A stretch of 64,000 bases of DNA, taken from positions 16,368,001 to 16,432,000 of the forward strand of contig CM022668.1 of NCBI GenBank assembly GCA_012295275.1. Direction: 5' to 3'. Shown here piece by piece: positions 41,048 through 64,000 of the stretch. The notes beneath the pieces were generated by a model. It did not search any database and had not been told where the DNA came from. It saw only the letters and a program-made list of their open reading frames with translations. Source of the DNA: Chrysomallon squamiferum. Its lineage: Eukaryota > Animalia > Mollusca. The translations under genes and the position numbers were made by a program. How positions within the stretch are numbered: position 1 is the first letter of the stretch; the number at the start of each line of letters is the position of its first letter.

Positions 41048-41082
<35 letters not shown>

Positions 41083-44025
41083 TTTTAATTTGTTAAATCC
41101 AGGTTTCTAATTTTGAAGTACAAGCTAATGATTTTCTTACTACTTTGAAAATCTATTTGTTATCAGCAATATTAATGTCTATTGTAAATATATGTTTTAA
41201 CCTCAGTAGCAATATATTTTGTAATTTTAGCCGCGATAACTCATTTTATATCAAACTTTTCCAGATCTATATTTTGTAAATATTAAAATCTGTAAATATT
41301 TTTTTCTATTATTTCTAATCCTAGATTATTATTATTATTATTATTATATCATCAGCAGCATCATCAGCATTATCATAATTATCATTATCATCATCATCAT
41401 CATTATAATTATAATTATTATCGTTTTTGTAATTCATTATTTATTTATTTTCTTACACTGTTATTTATTTTTTGTCAAAGATATTGCAATGATAGTCTAT
41501 GCAATATAGTTTATTAACTTTTTTAATTTACCATAGCAACGAACTCAAAATATTTTCGAGTGTGTTGGTAAATTTGGTAATTAATAAATTACTCCGATTT
41601 TAATTAACTTTTTATTCAGAAAATTTAATTATTTATATTTCTACTACTACTACTACTAATACTAATAATACTGTTATTGCAATTGCTATTATTCTTATTC
41701 TTATTCTTATTCTTATTCTTATTCTTATTCTTATTCTTATTCTTATTCTTATTATTATTATTATTACTATTATTTGTCTATGTAATTGTTTTCAACATTT
41801 TAATTTTTATTTTCGGTATGATTAATTTTGTTATGAATTTTATTTTATTTCGATGCTTAAATAAAATAGATAAATGTATTTTGCCTGTTTCCTAATGATA
41901 TATTTACTATCAATTCTGAGTATCCTTTCATAATAATAAAGTTTGAGAAAATGTAACGGATTAAGCAGGGTGATGAATAGCCTAAAACTTGGTTCTCGTT
42001 TTCTTTCTTTTTTTAATAAATTTTTATTTTCATATTATTTTTTATTTTTTAAACTGATGTCTTCGACAACACATTAAAAGAAAAACAAAAGTGGAAAATG
42101 ACATTGTATATCGTTGTTATTAAAATGTGTTATCATTTTTTTTATGAATACAAGAAAATTGTTTTAAAATCCACTGCTGTATAATTTCTAGCAGGATTGT
42201 TGCATTACTCTAAAGCTTTATTATTAGCAAAGCGTCAAACCATTAACAAACAAATCTGTGACGTGTTGACTGTGTGTATATAGGCTCATGTTCTGAACTG
42301 TAAAGATTTGTTACTGTCCCACGAGAAAAGTGGAGAATAAAAACATTATGCAAGGTCAAATTGTTCTTTTATGAAACTCATTAAAATGTCTTTAATTTGT
42401 AATAAAATTGAATTCGTTCATCTTGTATAAAACTGAGTGATGTGTTGTTTTTTCGTTTTTTTTTTTTTTTTGTTGTGTTTCTGTCTTTAATCAATTTGTT
42501 CGACTTTTATAAAATTCAGTAATATTTCTCTAGTCTGTAATCAATTTGTATCGTTAATATCGTTTAGTATATAATCGAATTTGATATTTTAGAAAATTAA
42601 CTGAAATTTCTCGCCCGGCACGTTCACAGTGTGATGTCGTCTGTGACTCAGTGAACACAGCGAGGGTCACGTGATCAGTCCTCAGTAGGACGTCCTGCGG
42701 CCTACTTCACGTTTCACCTCGTTCATAGAAACTGTTCACGTGCTTTACTGTCTGTGTAGAGGTAAAACATAAATTATTCATTACGTTTATTTAAAAAATA
42801 ACATTTCGGAGTAAAAGCAGTCACGTAGCTACAAAGAGTTGCCTCCCTTGTATCTTTTATCAGTAAGTATGACGTTCCGTGGCTGTAGATTAAGGTGTGT
42901 CGAGCTGTCGAGTATGAAATATGTTGTCATTAGTTCAAATGACTTTTATTTATATATTTATTTTTATTTTTATTTATTTTTTCTCTCTATTCAACATATG
43001 CTATTAAAGAAAAATGTTCTTCACCAAAAACGTTTTTTCTTTAACAGCATTTAGTTTAATATAAACAATCTCCGCATTTAGACGAACAAAAATTCTCTCT
43101 GTCGTTCATAAACTACCGTGGCAAATACAGAACTGGAAATAATGATTCCATTAGAAGGATATTCAATTAACCAAGCATGTAAAAAAGTCTTATAAGGCTG
43201 AGTTCTGTTTGCTACCTAACAAAAAAAAAACGATTGTAACGTTTCAAAAGCTTCGTATGAATCAATGGACAAACGGCCGTTTAGGTACAGTAAATAAAAT
43301 CTAGTTTTCTATCAGTTTCTTTTTTTTTATGACAGCAAAATGTCAAACCAGAAGGCTGTTTGGGTGTTACTGTAGTAGGTAACAATGCTAGTCAGTTGTT
43401 ATGGTCAATGAATAAAAAGGAGAATTTTACAGAACATGCAAAGAGGTATTCAACGCTGGACATGTTAGATCTAACGTTTATCTATAGATATATATATAGA
43501 TACATACATATTTGTATTAGAACTATTTAATGCTAGTCTGACTACAGATACACAAACTACAAACGTATTTGAAAGTCCAGTGATTGCGTCACTGGTTTTA
43601 TTGTTGCTAGGAAGTGACATACTGAGGCATGGCAATTCTCCCCGTCCACTCTAGGGCCCGTGTAAACAGTGTTTCTGTGGTTTGGTGTACATTTGACTTG
43701 GTTGTCTACGTATGGACCACAGCGCACTGGTTTGCCAGCGGATCTATAATAAAATGGTCCTGCTGGTAGGTATATATGAAAAATTATATTCACATACATA
43801 CATACATACATATATACATACATACATATATACATACATACAAACATACATACATAAATATACATATATACAAACATACATACATACACATACATACACA
43901 TACATACATACAAACGAAATAATAACAAACTAAAAGTTAACAAATAAACCAAATATATCTATATATAAGTAAAAAAAAAGTATAAATAGATAAAATTAAT
44001 AATAGTAATGATATTAATAATAATA

Positions 44026-44121
<96 letters not shown>

Positions 44122-44835
44122 TCTATATCGTATGGGAAACTGTGGTTTCTCGTATTAACGTTCAGTATGTGAGTTTCATTTAAGAGAAGTTTAAAAGTTT
44201 TGTGTTGTGAAAAGTGTCGGTCCACTGCACTGAGGAGAACAAAGACCTGTATCAGTTAACTATCGGTCACTCACAGGACGTTGTGGTCATTTCTCGCCTT
44301 TAGTGACCTCTCCGGAAAACAGCGGTACATATAAATCTACTAAGAACTTAATACGCGTGGAAAGGTATCTATGAATTCTTTCTTTTCTTTTTCGTAATTT
44401 CTTCTCTCTTTCTTCAAACATTTAGTTTGTCATATACATATATATATATAGGTGTGTGTGTGTGTCCGTGTGTGTGTATATATATATATGTGTTCATGTA
44501 TATAAACACACACACATACATACACGTATATGTCTTTTTCTGTGTTTATCTGTATATCAGTTTGTCAGCCTATCCGTTTGTCTAAATATATATGTCTGCC
44601 TGTTATTCATCCTTCATTTTTCAGTTCTTGTTATTTTTATTTAGATTTTTATTTTTTGTTTTCTTCTTTAATATTAAGTTGTAAATATCGTGTTATACTG
44701 CTTTCACAAACACATTTAATTAAATAGCCGTGCTTATTATTTGGTATAGAACACACGTTAAGATGAATATTTATTTACTAAACCAGTACAGATTTACACA
44801 CACTTTCTCTCTCACATACATCTGCATAAACACAC

Positions 44836-44876
<41 letters not shown>

Positions 44877-45326
44877 CAGACGTTAATAAACAAGACTGAG
44901 CAGGTGCTATTAGTAAATATTATTGCATTTGTCTACAAAATAACTACAAATCATGAAAATAAAACTTCCATCAGTGACATTATTTGTCTATACGTAAACA
45001 AAATTCATTTATTGAGTTATCGTATTAAGTAATCTAATATGTACATTTTTACGGGTATTGTTGTTGTTGGTGGTGCCGTCGTCGTTTTAATTACCTTTAT
45101 GTTCCGTATCAACTGTTTTGGAAAGTCTTAACGCTGAAATTCAAATTTAAATAAATCTTTAACGAAATTATGTTCAAAAATTAGCCAAGAACACCATATG
45201 AAATTTAGAGCAATACTGTTGAACTCTAACTAGTTGCAGCACGGCGATTAAAGACACTTAGTAAATTTTCTTGAAGGGTGAGATCCAAATTTAAATATAT
45301 TTTTGTTAAATTAGATACAAGTAAAA

Positions 45327-45360
<34 letters not shown>

Positions 45361-45494
45361 TTCTTCTTCTGGAATTTTATACAAGAATTCGATGACATAG
45401 CTAATATAGCAAGTGCTGATTTTCTTAAATGAATAATAATGATAATAACAATAACAACAACGACAACAACAACAAAAACAACAACAACAACAAC

Positions 45495-45557
<63 letters not shown>

Positions 45558-46515
45558 GATGTTGATGATAAAATGATGACGAAGATAAATAAATAAATAC
45601 ATAGACAAACAGATAGTTACACAGCCAGACAGACAAACAGATACATTCTAATTGCAGTGTGTTAAGGTGTCGTTACATAATGACTTACATTTATCTACAA
45701 CGGTACAGTACAGGCAAACTGATTCTACCGTAGCCTTTTGTTTTGTGTGGTGAATAATATTTACCTGTCAGGTGTGTGAACTGGTTTAAGCGAATTATGA
45801 GCTAGGTGTGGCTGCATGGGGAATGATGTTGTAAGCAAACTCAAGGGCACGCAGCCATCCGTGACGACAAGTTGTTACTATTATTAGACCACTTAGTAAC
45901 ATTAGAGCTGCGACACTCATTCGTATCCTGTTTCTCCGAAATCAATACATCCTTGTCAGAGATGAAACTTTCTTCCTAAGTAAGTAATTTCATTTCTAAC
46001 TTACTTTAGTTAAGAAATAAAACAAGCGTGTTACTTTATGAGAACAGTTTATAATCTCTAGAAGAACAGTAAAGCACGTTATGGTATTTAAACTATTCAG
46101 TCAAACGCGTTATCTACATATTTCACAAAATGATCATTAATTCGATTTGTAAAAATGTCAGCAGACAACGAAATCTATTTTCAACTAACCATAAGTAATT
46201 TTTGTCATTAGAATTATTTCAAATATATTGTTAATTGATGTGATTGAGTTTGTTCGTTATTATTATTATTATTATTATTACTATTATTATTGTGGTTGTT
46301 GTTATTAGTGTTGTTGTTGTTGTTATTGTTATTATTATTATTATTGTAGCTTTCTAAGTTTATTCATTTTTATTGTTTAAATATTTTTCGCTAAATGATG
46401 CTAGTTATAATCACTGTCTCTCAGACAAAGATAAACTTGACAGTTAAACTCGCAGTCTTCCTTCCTGTCAACAGTTATTCATTTAACAAAGTTCCGCGTT
46501 GATACACATTCTCAT

Positions 46516-46997
46516 CACACAGTCACTGTCGTGTTACACACAGTCACTGTCGTGTTACACACAGTCACTGTCGTGTTACAAACAGTCACTGTCGTGTTAC
46601 ACACAGTCACTGTCATGTTACACACAGTCACTGTCGTGTTACAAACAGTCACTGTCGTGTTACAAACAGTCACTGTCGTGTTACACACAGTCACTATCAT
46701 GTTACACACAGTCACTATCATGTTACACACAGTCACTGTCGTGTTACACACAATCACTGTCGTGTTACACACAGTCACTATCATGTTACACACAGTCACT
46801 ATCATGTTACACACAGTCACTGTCGTGCTGTCGTGTTACACACAATCACTGTCATGTTACAGACAATGACTGTCATGTTACACACAGTCACTGTCGTGTT
46901 ACACACAATCACTGTCATGTTACACACAATCACTATCATGTTACACACAATCACTGTCGTGTTACACACAGTCACTGTCGTGTTACAGACAATGACA
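46516..46997. repeat. 21-bp minisatellite (~22 copies, cacacagtcactgtcgtgtta)
   Basis: Direct reading. Confidence 0.92.
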
Positions 46998-47810
46998 CTG
47001 ATTCGAAGTTATATTCAGTAGATCTGACTAAAAGTTAATGTTTTGTTCAGTAGACTTCTAAATGTGTTCGTCACTAGACCTGAGTAAATATATTGATAAA
47101 CAGACTGGACTCAAAGTTACTTCAGTGGACTTGACTGATTATTACACTAAGTGTATTGTATATATGAGTAAACATCTCTGTTCACTTGATTAAATGTATA
47201 GAACAACTGTCTTGACTAAATGTAATTGTTCAATAGCCTCAAATAAATGTATTGTAAGTAGAACTGACTAAATATATTGTTTTGTAGACGAGAAATTCCC
47301 TTCACTTAGTCTAGAATAGATGTATGATTACTTTGCGACTGATAAGATATCTCACCCAAGGCATTTCTGCATCAGATGAGGATCTAGCCGTGTTCACTGA
47401 AGTTTAAATGGTTAGATTTGTTAAGCGTTAATACATAATGCATTACGTAAATCTGACGGACCTAAAACTTAATTTTATACGGTGTTAGGCGGAACGGTAC
47501 ATATTAAAGATAAGGCTGCTTTGTTACACACTATTCAAGTATGTCGTTCGGAAACGAATAGCAGAGAGACAAAGAGTTTTAGAGCCAGCTTAGAGCTTCT
47601 CACTACCGGGTCTAAAGTTCAACGAAAGCCGTTAAAATTATTACTCAGTTGTTGAGAAATAGCAGGTTTGTCGTTAGTATAAATAGGCCTCTGAATAATG
47701 GCTATACAAGTGCTTCACAACAGCTTGCTCTGATTAGCACGTTAATTTTTTTCCATTCCATTCCATGGCTATACCGTTATAGTCAAATATTTCCTTTCAG
47801 AATTTATATT

Positions 47811-47849
<39 letters not shown>

Positions 47850-48287
47850 TTCATTCATTTCATTTATTGATTTGTTTATTTATTTATATAATTATTCATG
47901 TATTTATTTTTATTTATTGAGTTCTTTCTTTCCTTCTTTCTTCCTTTCTTTCTTTCTTTCTTTCTTCCTTCCTTCCTTCCTTCCTTCCTTCCTTTCTTTC
48001 TTTCTTTCTTTATACTTATTTACAGTTTAAAAGCACCTGAATGATCACCTTTTTTAAAAGCAAAACAAGTATAATGACAAACAAATTTGCAAAGGAGTAA
48101 TTTAATTTTATATATATATATATATTTGTTCTTATAGAAAATTAGGTTGATGAATATTTTAGGCAGCGTATCTGTGTATATATACTTTGTCGTAAACAAA
48201 AAGGTGTAGCTGATTATTAAATATACATCTATATTGTTTTGTTTACAACAAAACATTTCAATCACTGTGTTTCAGGCTTTCTGCAGC

Positions 48288-63666
<15,379 letters not shown>

Positions 63667-63691
<25 letters not shown>

Positions 63692-64000
63692 GTGAGTTAA
63701 ATAACAGTTCTGAACAGTGTATCTGTGTTCTGCTTCATACTCTTAGGTGAGTTAAATAACAGTTCTGAACAGTGTATCTGTGTTCTGCTTCATACTCTTA
63801 GGTGAGTTAAATAACAGTTCTGAACAGTGTATCTGTGTTCTGCTTCATACTCTTAGGTGAGTTAAAAAACAGTTCTGAACAGTGTATTTGTGTTCTGCTT
63901 CATACTCTTAGGTGAGTTAAATAACAGTTCTGAACAGTGTATCTGTGTTCTGCTTCATACTCTTAGGTGAGTTAAAAAACAGTTCTGAACAGTGTATCTG
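63667..64000 (+). repeat. 55-bp tandem repeat (at least 6 copies, runs off the window) spanning the TM5-TM6 exon donor
   Basis: tctgtgttctgcttcatactcttag|gtgagttaaataacagttctgaacagtgta starting at 63667, 63722, 63777, 63832, 63887 and 63942. Confidence 0.95.

Noticed and set aside
46499-47038. TQSLSCY / LHTVTVV repeat ORFs
   Set aside because: A 21-bp minisatellite open in several frames on both strands; no exon boundary found at its ends.

Overview
AT-rich, microsatellite-dense eukaryotic (animal) genomic DNA, most probably a gastropod mollusc (inferred from the Hv3-type proton channel and the repeat landscape). Almost all ORFs in the supplied track are simple-repeat artefacts, so the real genes were rebuilt by hand from GT/AG sites and exon phase. 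Three spliced + strand genes: (1) the 3' part of a small Cys-rich, probably secreted orphan protein (exons 152-281, 1266-1348, 2541-2621, further small exons uncertain); (2) a complete 8-exon voltage-gated proton channel gene (29664-39776, 407 aa, possibly 448 aa with an upstream coding exon at 22579-22668) with the Hv3-type S4 motif LPWRxxR, a ~100-aa S1-S2 loop and substituted hydrophobic-gasket residues; (3) a 21+ exon adhesion GPCR (48288 to beyond the window; signal peptide-CTLD-CTLD-Ig-SEA-like-HRM-GAIN/GPS-7TM) with a GC-AG intron, a decayed hAT transposon in one intron, and a ~70-aa basic insert carrying three KR sites inside its first lectin domain. The most striking non-gene pattern is that unrelated minisatellites repeatedly start exactly at exon boundaries and multiply real splice sites (5 donors, 2 acceptors, in all three genes). 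One of these arrays creates potential in-frame 30-nt microexons and another creates recursive-splicing-like AG|GT sites. No rRNA, intact tRNA or CRISPR was found.
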